64,000 nucleotides of DNA from Candidatus Magasanikiibacteriota bacterium (GCA_903837125.1 CAILTG010000021.1:11627-75626); one strand, 5' to 3'; positions 29,074 to 39,635 are shown, counted from the stretch's first letter. Numbers and translations: made by a program. The notes: generated by a model not told the origin, from the sequence alone.

Positions 29074-29760
29074 TTATAAATTTGTATTATTTAACTTGTG
29101 TTCCCAATAAGCTCCTATAAAAACAACTATTGCTAATAACAACGCAAAATGACACAAAACCGAAGGGAACATAATATTAAAATAAGGAAAAATTACCATT
29201 AAGATAAAAGTCGGCAATGACATTAGCAGTACAGCCACCGGTAACATAAGAAAAACTTTTCTTTTTTTATTATTTTTTTCAGAAAAATAATATTTAAGGG
29301 CGATAAAACAAGCAAAAATTGTAACCAACGCATAATAAGTTACATAGGCTAACCATAAGACAAAATTATAATCTTGACTGAAAATATATCTCGCCGTTAC
29401 AAAAATTGCATTACACTGTCCTACTTGTACAAAATTTGTAGTAAAAATAGCAATCAAAGAATACACCACCGGAAAAAAATACAATAAAAGTCTATGTCTT
29501 TTTATTTTAAAATAAGTTAGTGTCATATCCAAACCCATAGCTGGCAAAAAACTATAAGTTATAAACCCTGCCCTTACCCAAAGTTCGGCATTACCGGTTT
29601 TACATAACATGAATTCAGTAAACTGATAAAAGCCCAACAAAAATAATAATAAAGCAAAAAAATATTTTAAACTAGCCTTGGGAAATTTCCAAGGCATGAT
29701 GATTGATAGCCCGAGTTCAATTACGGCCGTTGTTAGAGAAACAGTTGAATTAAAACACAT
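29074..29760 (-). CDS. Multi-pass (about 7 TM) membrane protein of unknown function
   Basis: MCFNSTVSL start, YQFTEF, several Cys, about seven hydrophobic segments, SVLCHFA. Confidence 0.7.
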   Translation of the reverse strand: MCFNSTVSLTTAVIELGLSIIMPWKFPKASLKYFFALLLFLLGFYQFTEFMLCKTGNAELWVRAGFITYSFLPAMGLDMTLTYFKIKRHRLLLYFFPVVYSLIAIFTTNFVQVGQCNAIFVTARYIFSQDYNFVLWLAYVTYYALVTIFACFIALKYYFSEKNNKKRKVFLMLPVAVLLMSLPTFILMVIFPYFNIMFPSVLCHFALLLAIVVFIGAYWEHKLNNTNL

Positions 29761-29763
29761 AAA

Positions 29764-30945
29764 TTATTTAACTTTAACGAAAAATCTACTTCCTTTCTGT
29801 ACTACATCGTTAGCTTTAAGCGCAAAATCAAAAGCAGATATTTTTTTATCATTTACTTTTACCCCACCTTGCTCAATCTGACGGCGGGCGTCACCTTTGC
29901 TAGAGCAAATTTTGGCTTCTACCAAAAGAGTAACAATGTCGTACACGCTAGGCTTAACCTCTGGCATATCAGTTGGCTTTTCTTTTTTGCTAAAAGTATT
30001 AATAAAATTTTCTTGAGCTTTTTGTGCTTCTTTTTCCGAATGATACATTCTGACTATTTCAAAAGCCAAACACATTTTAAGATCGCGTGGATTTTTTCCC
30101 ACCTTCATTTCCTCCTCGTATTGTTTAATTTGTACCATTGACACTCGTGTAGCTAAATTAAAATATCTAATTATTAATTCATCAGGAATAGACATCACTT
30201 TGCCAAACATATCATTTGCTTCCGCAGTTAAATTAATTGTATTCCCCCAACTAGAACTCATTTTCCGACCGTCTATACCTTCCAATAACTGACTCATAAT
30301 AATATCCTGCGGTGCTTGCTTAAAGTGTTCCTGTAATTTTCTGCCAGCCAATAAATTAAACCGCTGGTCAGTGCCACCAATTTCCACATCAGCTTTAATC
30401 GCCACTGAATCATAACCTTGCATTAAAGGATAAAGCATTTCCCGAAGTGAAACTCTAGTACCAGCATCCAAGCGTCTTTTCACATTATCACGAGCAATAA
30501 ATTCAGCTACAGAAAATTGTTCTGCCTGTTCGCCAATATTCCAATAATTCAATTTTCCTAACCACTCACTGTTATAATGAACTTCGCACTCGTCTATATT
30601 AATTATTTTTCCAGCTTGCTTAACATAATCCTTCATGTTTTCTTTTACTTTCTTTTGATCTAACATTGGCCGTTCTGAATCTTTATCTGAGGTATCACCA
30701 ATCACGCCTGTAAAATCTCCCACAATAAAGACAATTTTATGACCCAATTCTTGAAAATCATGTAACTTTAAAAGTTGCACCGCCCGACCAATATGTAAAT
30801 TAGGACTAGTGGGGTCAATTCCTAGTTTTATCCGCAACTGTTTTCCAGATGCCAACTTTTTCTGCAAACTTTCTTTAGCAATAACTTCTTCTACTCCCCG
30901 AGCTAAAAGTTCGACGATTTTATTTTTATCAGTATTAATTTTCAT
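29764..30945 (-). CDS. tyrS: Tyrosine--tRNA ligase
   Basis: LGIDPT..LHIG, YPLMQGYD, GGTDQ.FN, KMSSS, C-terminal S4 domain. Confidence 0.96.
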   Translation of the reverse strand: MKINTDKNKIVELLARGVEEVIAKESLQKKLASGKQLRIKLGIDPTSPNLHIGRAVQLLKLHDFQELGHKIVFIVGDFTGVIGDTSDKDSERPMLDQKKVKENMKDYVKQAGKIINIDECEVHYNSEWLGKLNYWNIGEQAEQFSVAEFIARDNVKRRLDAGTRVSLREMLYPLMQGYDSVAIKADVEIGGTDQRFNLLAGRKLQEHFKQAPQDIIMSQLLEGIDGRKMSSSWGNTINLTAEANDMFGKVMSIPDELIIRYFNLATRVSMVQIKQYEEEMKVGKNPRDLKMCLAFEIVRMYHSEKEAQKAQENFINTFSKKEKPTDMPEVKPSVYDIVTLLVEAKICSSKGDARRQIEQGGVKVNDKKISAFDFALKANDVVQKGSRFFVKVK

Positions 30946-32260
30946 ATTTTAATTTTTTAGTAATTTTTAATCTTATTTCAACAACTGTTGAATAATTTGG
31001 ATTAACTTTTTTTGCCCATTCAGCTATTTCTTGCTTTCTAGCCTCAACCTCTTGCATTTTAAGTTTAGCTTTAGCTAATTCTTCTTCATTTTTACCTAAA
31101 CTTGCCCAATCATTTTTTGATAACTCGTCGGAAGCATGAAGTAGCCCGTCACTTTTTTCTCTTTTATCAATACTATAATAACGCAATTCTCCTTTGCTTC
31201 TGTGAATTAATTCCGGAGCTCTATACAAACCGCTGCCACTGCTGCCAGAATAAGAAGCCCTAGAAAAAATACTTTTTCCTCCATTTTCTTTAATTAATTC
31301 AGGTGACATCCCAATTCCATCATCAATTATTCTAATTATTAATTCATCACCTTCAATAAAACTAATTAAATGAACATTAGCAGCCTGAACCAACTCCGAA
31401 TTCTCTCCATCATTTCCAATATTTACTCTATTGGGCCGAACAGCATTTCTAACCATTTCTGCAATTAAACTACCAACCACTCCGGGGACGGTAATAACCT
31501 CTTTATCATCAGGGAAACCTTTTTCAGGTTCAAAACCTTTACTATTAAATCTTCCTCTTAGGTGTCCTTTAGACTTCTCTATTCCACACAAAAACTCAAC
31601 CACTTTTTTTAACATCTTTAAATTCAAAGACCTGGCGTGCATTTCAAAAAAATTTGGCTCAAAATCTGATTTTTCCAAACTTCTTCTAGCCAAAGAACAT
31701 TCAACCACAGCAACACAAGGTGGAATGCCTTCTCTTATGTCCAACATTTGAGCCCTCAAATCTCCTAATGGAATAATTCCTTTACCCTTCAGACTACCTT
31801 TACCTTTATATTTTGTTAATTTTTTTTCTAAATCATTGAGTAGTACTTGCAACCGAAGAAAAATAAACACTAAATTATTAAGATCATGCTTTAGATTTTC
31901 ATTAAAATCAAGAACATTTTTTAGCTGCTCATAAGTTTCCATTTTCAACAATTCAAAATCTTTAATAATTTGAATTAATTTACTAACTGAAAACTCATCC
32001 AAATAAAAAATATCCAGTTCTGAATCAGCAGATCTATATCCTTCATCCAACAGACGATAAAATTCTAGTAGTCTCGGGATCTCCCTAGAAATCTGCGTAA
32101 ATAATTCTCTATTTTCAACTTCCCCTAAACCACCATTATTTACTGTTTCCTTATTACAAATATTAGAAAAACCATCTTTACTATTACGGTTCTTAAATCC
32201 CCCTTCATTTTCACCCACGTTATTATCAACATTAAATCCTCCCTTTTTTCCGTCCATCAT
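30935..32260 (-). CDS. Soluble histidine-kinase-like GHKL ATPase
   Basis: Possible H-box LKHDLNN, N-box EMVRNA, G1 IIDDGIGM, G2 GSSGSGL; no TM or known sensor domain. Confidence 0.65.
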   Translation of the reverse strand: MMDGKKGGFNVDNNVGENEGGFKNRNSKDGFSNICNKETVNNGGLGEVENRELFTQISREIPRLLEFYRLLDEGYRSADSELDIFYLDEFSVSKLIQIIKDFELLKMETYEQLKNVLDFNENLKHDLNNLVFIFLRLQVLLNDLEKKLTKYKGKGSLKGKGIIPLGDLRAQMLDIREGIPPCVAVVECSLARRSLEKSDFEPNFFEMHARSLNLKMLKKVVEFLCGIEKSKGHLRGRFNSKGFEPEKGFPDDKEVITVPGVVGSLIAEMVRNAVRPNRVNIGNDGENSELVQAANVHLISFIEGDELIIRIIDDGIGMSPELIKENGGKSIFSRASYSGSSGSGLYRAPELIHRSKGELRYYSIDKREKSDGLLHASDELSKNDWASLGKNEEELAKAKLKMQEVEARKQEIAEWAKKVNPNYSTVVEIRLKITKKLKYEN

Positions 32261-32268
32261 AAAAAATA

Positions 32269-34980
32269 CTAATAAAAAATATTAAGCTGTTGCTTCAGTT
32301 TTTCCAATTTTTCTTTGGCCTCAACTAATTTTTTCTTTTCTGCCTCCACTACCTGTACAGGCGCATTATTTACAAATTCTTTATTGCTTAATTTTTTCTC
32401 TAAACCAATAGCATACGGTTCAACACTAGTTATTTCTTTTTGTAATCTAACCTTTTCTGCTTCCGCATCTACAGCACCTGCCAAATCCACAAAAACTTCC
32501 ACACCGCTAACCACAAAACCCACACTTGTTTCAGGCTTCTTAATTTTAGTCTTAATCTCAATCTTTTCTAATCTCGCCAATCCTTTTATTATTTCGACAT
32601 TATCTTTTAACAATTCAACATTTTCTCCAGCACTAATAGTTGCATTTAGTTTTTTCACTGGTTCAATTTTATTTTCAGCCCGAAGTGAACGAAGGCCAGT
32701 GATAATATTTTTTATTAGTTCAAATTCTTCATTTATTTTAATCTCAATCTTAGTCTTAATCTCAATCATAGGCCATTTTTCAACCATCAACATTCTTTCG
32801 TTTCCATAAATTTCACTCCAAATCTGTTCTGTTACAAATGGCATAAAAGGATGCCACAACTTCAACAAAGCATTTAAAATATAATTCAAAATTTCGGATT
32901 TACCACCCTCTATTTTGGCAACTTCTAAATACCAATCTGCCAAATCACTCCAAGTAAAATCACGAAGTGCCTCACCAGCTTGTGAAAAATTAAACTTTTC
33001 AATATTATCAGTAACTTGTTTTGTAACATTCAGCAACCGATTCAAAATCCATTTATCTGCAAGAGTTTCCAATTCTGGAATTTTAACATCAATTTTTGAT
33101 TCCGGAATATTCAGCAACATAAAACGAGAAATATTCCACAATTTATTTACAAAATTTCTGGCACTATCAATTTTTTCATCATAAAACTTAGAATCATTCC
33201 CTGGGCTAATCCCAAGTAAAACGCTAATGCGCAAAGCATCTGCTCCATATTCTTCAATTACCTCAAGTGGATCAATATTATTCCCAGCTGATTTAGAAAA
33301 CTTTTTTCCTTCTTCATTTCGGAGCATTCCATGGATATACACATCTTTAAATGGTATTTGATCTAAAGCGTAAGTTGACATTAAAATCATTCTGGCCATC
33401 CAAAAAAAGACAATTTCATAACCCATTTGCATCCAACTTGTTGGGTGAAACTGTTCTAGATCATTTTTGAACTCGGGTTTACCCGCCACAATCTCGCCAG
33501 AGCCGGGCTTGCCCGGCGTAGCCCTAGCGAAGCCGGGCCAGCCTAAAGTAGAAAACGTCCAAGTACCAGAAGAAAACCAAGTATCCAGAGTATCAGCATC
33601 TTGCAACCATCCCTCACCTGTTGGTTCTTCAATACCACAATAAATTTCTTCACCTTTATACCAAACCGGAATCCGATGACCCCACCAAATTTGGCGACTG
33701 ATACACCAATCGCGCAAATTTTCAATCCAACCAAAATATATTTTTTCAAAACGTTCAGGCGTAATATTAACTTTTTGATCTGAAATACCATTATGTCCCA
33801 AAGTCACAGCTTCTTTCATTAATTCTTTAAGACTTTTTTCCTTTCCTGAAACTTTTTTATTTACGTCAATAAACCACTGCGTCATTGGCAAGGCTTCTAC
33901 AATATCACCAAACCTATCTGAAGTACCAACATTCTGAAGAATGTCTTCTTCTTTTTCTAATAAATCATTTTCTCTTAACCATCTGGACACCTCTTCCCTA
34001 GCTTTTTCAGCTAAAAGACCTTGATAAAGATTCGATGCTTTATCAGTCATTTTGCCGTTCTTGTCAATTACTTCAATTAAATTTATTGGATCGTTTTTCG
34101 CTTTTTGATTTAAATACATTTCAAAGTCAACCATACTGTGTGCTGGAGTTACACCAACAGCACCTGTACCAAATTCCGTAACTACTTTTTCATCGGCAAT
34201 AATTTTAATTTCTAAATTAGGGCCGCCTGCAAATTTTTCAATATTAAAAACTTTTCCAATGTACTTTTTGTACCTTTTATCATGCGGATTTACTGCTACA
34301 GCGGTATCTCCTAATTTTGTTTCCGGTCGCGTGGTAGCAATAGTAATTGGAAAATCTTTAGAATATTTAAAATAGTATAACTTTGATGGACGTTCAACAT
34401 GAACTAACTCATCATCAGAACAAGTAGATTGGCCTTTTACTGACCAATTTACAACTCGATGCCCGTGATATATCAATCCATCATCATACATTTTTTTAAA
34501 AACAGTTTTTACTGCTAAATTCCTTTGCTCATCAAAGGTATAAGCCAAACGACTCCAATCACAACTAGTGCCTAACTTCTTTATTTGTCTTAAAATTGTG
34601 GCTTTTGAATTTTCTGCATATTCTCTAATTAACTCTAAAAGTTTTTCACGCCCATAAAATTCACGAGGTTTTTCAATTCCCTTTTTTACCAGTTCTTTTT
34701 CAACTTTAGCTTGCGTAGCAACTGCCGCGTGATCTGTACCTGGTAATAACAATACTTTTTTGCCATTCATTCTCTGATAACGCGCCATGGTATCCATTAA
34801 ACTATTTTCCATTGCATGACCTAAATGCAAAACACCAGTCACATTTGGTGGCGGCATCATAATAGAATATGGTTCACCAGTAAGATTATCTGGATTAAAA
34901 AAACCACTTGTCTCCCAACGCTCATAAATTGCATCTTCGTATTTTTGTGGTTCGTAAGCTTTTGGCAATTCTTTACTCAT
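32269..34980 (-). CDS. valS: Valine--tRNA ligase
   Basis: PPPNVTG.LHLGH, ATTRPET, GTGAV..TPAH, DWCISRQIWWGH, KFSKS; start moved to ATG at 34980 (MSKELPKAYEP). Confidence 0.97.
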   Translation of the reverse strand: MSKELPKAYEPQKYEDAIYERWETSGFFNPDNLTGEPYSIMMPPPNVTGVLHLGHAMENSLMDTMARYQRMNGKKVLLLPGTDHAAVATQAKVEKELVKKGIEKPREFYGREKLLELIREYAENSKATILRQIKKLGTSCDWSRLAYTFDEQRNLAVKTVFKKMYDDGLIYHGHRVVNWSVKGQSTCSDDELVHVERPSKLYYFKYSKDFPITIATTRPETKLGDTAVAVNPHDKRYKKYIGKVFNIEKFAGGPNLEIKIIADEKVVTEFGTGAVGVTPAHSMVDFEMYLNQKAKNDPINLIEVIDKNGKMTDKASNLYQGLLAEKAREEVSRWLRENDLLEKEEDILQNVGTSDRFGDIVEALPMTQWFIDVNKKVSGKEKSLKELMKEAVTLGHNGISDQKVNITPERFEKIYFGWIENLRDWCISRQIWWGHRIPVWYKGEEIYCGIEEPTGEGWLQDADTLDTWFSSGTWTFSTLGWPGFARATPGKPGSGEIVAGKPEFKNDLEQFHPTSWMQMGYEIVFFWMARMILMSTYALDQIPFKDVYIHGMLRNEEGKKFSKSAGNNIDPLEVIEEYGADALRISVLLGISPGNDSKFYDEKIDSARNFVNKLWNISRFMLLNIPESKIDVKIPELETLADKWILNRLLNVTKQVTDNIEKFNFSQAGEALRDFTWSDLADWYLEVAKIEGGKSEILNYILNALLKLWHPFMPFVTEQIWSEIYGNERMLMVEKWPMIEIKTKIEIKINEEFELIKNIITGLRSLRAENKIEPVKKLNATISAGENVELLKDNVEIIKGLARLEKIEIKTKIKKPETSVGFVVSGVEVFVDLAGAVDAEAEKVRLQKEITSVEPYAIGLEKKLSNKEFVNNAPVQVVEAEKKKLVEAKEKLEKLKQQLNIFY
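33502..33538. repeat. GC-rich REP-like palindromic insert inside valS
   Basis: gccgggc-tt-gcccggc-gtagccctagcgaa-gccgggc; lies within extra peptide PGFARATPGKPGSG... just after TLGWP. Confidence 0.7.
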
Positions 34981-35218
34981 AAAATATATAACATGAAACA
35001 GGTAACAAATTGTCATGTGCTACAGGTTATCTGCTATAGGTTACCTGGTATAGATTACCTCAATAATCCAAATTAATCAAGTAATTATCTAAACATAGCA
35101 GAAAAGTCTTTATAAAATGTCACTCTTATCAAAACTTCTTTTAATGGCTTAAACAAGCCAAAATTAATGACCGGTCAAAATCTTCTAAATTAAGCCAAAA
35201 AATGCCCACAGCCCAGAG

Positions 35219-35247
35219 TTGACAAATATCGCCTCACTTGGTACAAT
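35219..35247 (+). promoter_or_regulatory. Sigma70 promoter of the DHH gene
   Basis: TTGACA-17 nt-TACAAT with TG extension. Confidence 0.8.
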
Positions 35248-35333
35248 GCTCTATTAAATTAAGGGAGTTTTGCCTCCCGCTTTTGTGGCTTTAAAAACCA
35301 TTGTAGCGGGGTTCAAAACACAAAATTTTGGTT

Positions 35334-36476
35334 ATGGCTTTTAACGAAATCCAACAAATCAAACAAATCTTACAAGACAAAAAACATGTCTTGATTGTGT
35401 TTCGCCAAAATAGCAATAACGACACCATTGCTTCGGCTGTGGCTTTGTCATTATTTTTGGAAAAAATGAAAAAACAAGTAGACATTGTTTCCGCTGGTTT
35501 TGTTTTGCCTAAATCTTTAAAATTTTTAAGTAAGGCTGAAGAAATAAAACCCAATTTTTCTTTTTTACAAAAATTCATTCTCACCGTAGATATTAAACAA
35601 ACCGGACTTCAAGAATTAAGCTACGATTTAAAAGATGAAAAACTAAGAATCTTCATTACTCCACAAAATGGTTTTTTAACCCGCGACAATATCCACACCG
35701 CTCAATCGGACTTTAAGTATGAAATCATTTTTGTAATTGATACTCCTGATTTAGAAGCGCTTGGTCCTATTTATGACAATAATACCGAGCTTTTTTATAA
35801 AAGACCAATTATTGATTTAGATCATAATCTGGCCAATGAACAATTTGGTCAAATAAATATTATTGAATCAACCGCCACTTCTACCGCAGAAGTTATTTTT
35901 AATTTTATTCATGAACTGGGAAATGAATATTTAGATGAACAAATTGCTACTGCTCTTTTAACCGGCATTATTGCCAATACCCGAAGTTTTAAAACTGCTG
36001 ACATTAAACCTCAAACTCTAAACATCGCCAGTAAACTTATTAGTCTGGGAGCCAATCGCGACTATATTGTACAAAATCTTTATCGCACTAAGTCTATTTC
36101 CACTTTAAAATTGTGGGGCCAAGCACTCTCGCATTTGCAACATGATAGTTCTTTGGGATTAGTCTGGACTACTATTACGCGCGAAGATTTTACCCGCTCT
36201 GGCTCGCAAGAAAATGAATTAAAAGACATTATTGATGAATTAATTGGCAATTCCCCAGAAGCTAAAATGATTTTACTACTTCATGAACCACTTAATACTG
36301 AAAATAAAGAAATTTTAGGCACTTTAACCTGTGAAAAACAATTTGATGCCTTAATTTTAATTAAACAATTTAATCCCACAGGAAATAAAAAACAAGTTAA
36401 TTTCAAAATTGAAGGAAAAAGTTTAACAGAAGCAGAAACAGAAGTGATAGAGTGTATTAAAAAAAATGTGGTCTAA
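35334..36476 (+). CDS. DHH-family phosphoesterase (NrnA-like), degenerate active site
   Basis: IFVIDTPDL, IDLDHNLANEQFG.IN, ATSTAEV, ALLTGII..T.SF; DHH motif reads DHN; start placed at ATG 35334. Confidence 0.8.
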   Translation: MAFNEIQQIKQILQDKKHVLIVFRQNSNNDTIASAVALSLFLEKMKKQVDIVSAGFVLPKSLKFLSKAEEIKPNFSFLQKFILTVDIKQTGLQELSYDLKDEKLRIFITPQNGFLTRDNIHTAQSDFKYEIIFVIDTPDLEALGPIYDNNTELFYKRPIIDLDHNLANEQFGQINIIESTATSTAEVIFNFIHELGNEYLDEQIATALLTGIIANTRSFKTADIKPQTLNIASKLISLGANRDYIVQNLYRTKSISTLKLWGQALSHLQHDSSLGLVWTTITREDFTRSGSQENELKDIIDELIGNSPEAKMILLLHEPLNTENKEILGTLTCEKQFDALILIKQFNPTGNKKQVNFKIEGKSLTEAETEVIECIKKNVV

Positions 36477-36498
36477 CCACATTTTTTAATATTTTAAA

Positions 36499-38073
36499 TT
36501 AAATCAATGCTCTCCCCGTCATCTCCGGCGGTTGTTCCAATTCCATTAATTTTAACATGGTAGACGCCACATCAGCCAACATGCCTACTGGTGGTATTAA
36601 ACTTAAATCACCCTCTGGTGGATCGCCAGCTGGACCGGCCTGACCTTTATATTTATTACCAATAATCAAAAATGGCACTGGATTATTACTATGTTCTTTT
36701 AATTTTTCTCCGGTCTGTAAATTAATTTTTTCTTCAGCATTACCATGGTCAGCCGTAATCAAAAGTAATCCATCTTTGGCCAATATATGATCACTTAATT
36801 TACCCAAACATTTGTCAATAACTTCCACGGCCTTAATAGTAGCGGCCAAATTACCGGTGTGACCTACCATATCCGCATTGGCGAAATTTATCATAATAGC
36901 GTCATAAATATCTGCTTCAATAGCTTTAATCACTTCTTTAGTAATTTCGTTTGCCGACATCTCTGGCACTTGATCATAAGAAGAAACATTAGCTGAAGGA
37001 ACAATTTTTCTTTCCTCTCCAGGGAAAGGATCTTCTATAGTGCCATTTAAAAAATAAGTAATGTGAGCATATTTGGTAGTTTCTGCCACATGAAATTGTT
37101 TAAGTCCAGCACGGCTAATTACTTCGGCCAAAGAATTGTGAACTACTTGTGGTAAATATGCGGGAACAGCCGGCAATTCTTTTTCATATTCGGACATGGT
37201 AACAAAAAACAAATTTCGCAAATAATTTCTTTCAAATTTAGCAAAACCTGGCAACACAAAAGCTTGAGTCAGTTCTCGAGCACGATCAGGACGTGAATTA
37301 AAAAAAATCGCCGCATCCCCATCTTTTACCACAGCTACTGGTTTGCCTTTTTTACCAATTACCACTGGCACAAATTCTTCATCATAAACTTTTTTGGCAT
37401 AAGAATCTTCAATGGCCTTTAAAGGATCACTGTAATAATCTATTGCCTCGCCCTCGGCCATAGCCCGATAAGCTTTCTCTGTTCTATCCCAACGATTATC
37501 ACGATCCATGGCGTAAAAACGTCCGGAAACCGTGGCAATTTCTCCGCACTTATACTCTTTAATTTTTTCCTGTAAACTTTTAACAAAACCCAAACCACTG
37601 TTATACATTACATCTCGCCCATCGATAATAACATGAAGATAAACATCCTTAATTTTCTGCTCTTTAGCAAATCTCAAAAGCGCTTCACAATGTTTTTCAC
37701 CAGCATGCACATTACCCGGACCGATAATCCCTATTAAATGCAAGGCTGATTTATTTTTCTTTACCTGTTCTGCTGCTTTCAAAAAAGCTTTATTTTGAAA
37801 AAAAGATTGGTCAGCAATTGCCTTATCAATTCTAGGAATTGTTTGATAATAAACACGACCCGCGCCAATGTTAAGATGACCTACTTCGGAATTACCTACC
37901 TTACCAAACATGAGTCCCACTTCTTGACCAGCGGCGTAAAGAGTCATGGCTGGATACTCACGCAAAAATTTATTGTAGTTTGGCAAAACAGCGCGAGTAA
38001 TAGCATTACCATCGCTTTTAGGAGCCACACCCCAACCGTCAAGAATAACTAATACTACAGGCCTGTTTTTCAT
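36499..38073 (-). CDS. gpmI: 2,3-bisphosphoglycerate-independent phosphoglycerate mutase, copy 1
   Basis: ILDGWG, GNSEVGH, GRFYAMDRD.RW, ET.KYAH, N.DMVGHTG, TADHGNAE. Confidence 0.95.
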   Translation of the reverse strand: MKNRPVVLVILDGWGVAPKSDGNAITRAVLPNYNKFLREYPAMTLYAAGQEVGLMFGKVGNSEVGHLNIGAGRVYYQTIPRIDKAIADQSFFQNKAFLKAAEQVKKNKSALHLIGIIGPGNVHAGEKHCEALLRFAKEQKIKDVYLHVIIDGRDVMYNSGLGFVKSLQEKIKEYKCGEIATVSGRFYAMDRDNRWDRTEKAYRAMAEGEAIDYYSDPLKAIEDSYAKKVYDEEFVPVVIGKKGKPVAVVKDGDAAIFFNSRPDRARELTQAFVLPGFAKFERNYLRNLFFVTMSEYEKELPAVPAYLPQVVHNSLAEVISRAGLKQFHVAETTKYAHITYFLNGTIEDPFPGEERKIVPSANVSSYDQVPEMSANEITKEVIKAIEADIYDAIMINFANADMVGHTGNLAATIKAVEVIDKCLGKLSDHILAKDGLLLITADHGNAEEKINLQTGEKLKEHSNNPVPFLIIGNKYKGQAGPAGDPPEGDLSLIPPVGMLADVASTMLKLMELEQPPEMTGRALI

Positions 38074-38081
38074 AATTTATT

Positions 38082-39635
38082 TTAATATAAAGGTTTTCCC
38101 GTCATTTCTTTTGCCTTTTCTATTCCCATCATTTTGAGTAATGTTGGTGCTACATCAGCCAAAATTCCTTTATTTTTCATTTTCATTCCTGCAAATTTGT
38201 CACCAATTAAAATACAAGGCACTGGATTTAAAGTATGTTCAGTCATTATTTCTTTAGTCTCTGCATTAATCATTACTTCAGCATTACCATGATCAGCCAC
38301 AATCATTACTTGACCTTTTAATTTCAACATACAATCAACTATTTTTTTTACGCCGGTGTCTACCACTTGAACTGCTTTCTTAGCTGCTTCTAAGTTTCCT
38401 GTATGTCCCACCATATCAGCATTAGGAAAATTAGTGCAGATAAAATTGTATTTTCCAGTTTGCAGATAATCAACAATTTTTTCTACCATTTTTGAGCTAC
38501 TCATTTCCGGCTTATCCGCATAAGAATGTTCTTTGGGCGATTTTATTACTTCACGCTCCTCGCCATTTAAAGGATCCGCATAACCACCATTAATAAAATA
38601 AGTTACATGAGCATATTTTTCTGTTTCGGAAATATATAACTGTTTATAAAGACCATCAATTACCGCTGGCAAACAATTTTTAATATCTGGAGAAGGAAAA
38701 GCAGTAAACACTCTTGGCAAATCCGGACCAAAATCAGTCATCGCCACGAAACGCGTATTTTTTGGCACTCTCTTTCTGATGAAAGCTCCTGGATTTTTTT
38801 GCTCAAAATCTTTTTGCACAAAAGCTTTGGTAATCTGACGAGCGCGGTCACTTCTGGCATTTACAAAATAAATAGCATCATTATTATTAATAGTGGCCAC
38901 TGGCTTATTATTTTCTATTATGACTGATGGACAAATATATTCATCTGTATCTCCCCGATTATACGATTGTGCCAAAGCTTCTTCCGCACTCTGTGAAGCA
39001 CAACCCTTACCCAAAACCATGGCCTCATAAGCTTTTTGCGTACGCTCCCAAATTTTATTTCTATCCATGCCATAAAATCGCCCCATAATGGTGGCAACTT
39101 TTTCATGCTCCAACATATGACCGCGTAATTCCCGTAAAAAACCAGTTGCTCCATGCGGAGAAGAATCACGCCCGTCGGTAAATAAATGTAAAAAAACTTT
39201 TTTTTGATTTTCACGCCGAAAAAATTCCAACATGGCATAAAGATGCTCCGGATAAGCGTGAGCGCTATTTTTGTCTGTTAACAGACTCATAATATGCACA
39301 GCTGTATCATATTTTTTTGTGTGATACAAAGCTTCTTTAAAAGCATGATTCTTAAAAAAAGTACCATCATGAATATGCTCAGAAATCATCACAACATCCT
39401 GTTTAACAATTCTGCCAGCGCCAATATTAAGGTGTCCGGCCTCAGAATTACCCTGCTGACCAGGGAAAAGCCCTACATTCTCGCCCGAGGTATTAAGAGT
39501 AGTATTGGCGTATTTTTTTAAATACCCAAAAATATTAGGTGCGGTTTCTGGAGTAATAGCATTGCCCAATTTTTGTTTGGACAAACCAAAACCGTCCAAA
39601 ATAATTAAAGCTGTAGGAATAATTTTATTTTCCAT
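38082..39635 (-). CDS. gpmI: 2,3-bisphosphoglycerate-independent phosphoglycerate mutase, copy 2
   Basis: ILDGFG, GNSEAGH, DGRD, GRFYGMDR, ETEKYAH, NADMVGHTG, ADHGNAE; start placed at ATG 39635 (MENKIIP). Confidence 0.93.
   Translation of the reverse strand: MENKIIPTALIILDGFGLSKQKLGNAITPETAPNIFGYLKKYANTTLNTSGENVGLFPGQQGNSEAGHLNIGAGRIVKQDVVMISEHIHDGTFFKNHAFKEALYHTKKYDTAVHIMSLLTDKNSAHAYPEHLYAMLEFFRRENQKKVFLHLFTDGRDSSPHGATGFLRELRGHMLEHEKVATIMGRFYGMDRNKIWERTQKAYEAMVLGKGCASQSAEEALAQSYNRGDTDEYICPSVIIENNKPVATINNNDAIYFVNARSDRARQITKAFVQKDFEQKNPGAFIRKRVPKNTRFVAMTDFGPDLPRVFTAFPSPDIKNCLPAVIDGLYKQLYISETEKYAHVTYFINGGYADPLNGEEREVIKSPKEHSYADKPEMSSSKMVEKIVDYLQTGKYNFICTNFPNADMVGHTGNLEAAKKAVQVVDTGVKKIVDCMLKLKGQVMIVADHGNAEVMINAETKEIMTEHTLNPVPCILIGDKFAGMKMKNKGILADVAPTLLKMMGIEKAKEMTGKPLY

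Noticed and set aside
34981-35110. T-box riboswitch or Val leader upstream of valS
   Set aside because: No T-box consensus, terminator or Val-rich ORF; only a degenerate ~14-nt periodic repeat (aggttacctg-like).
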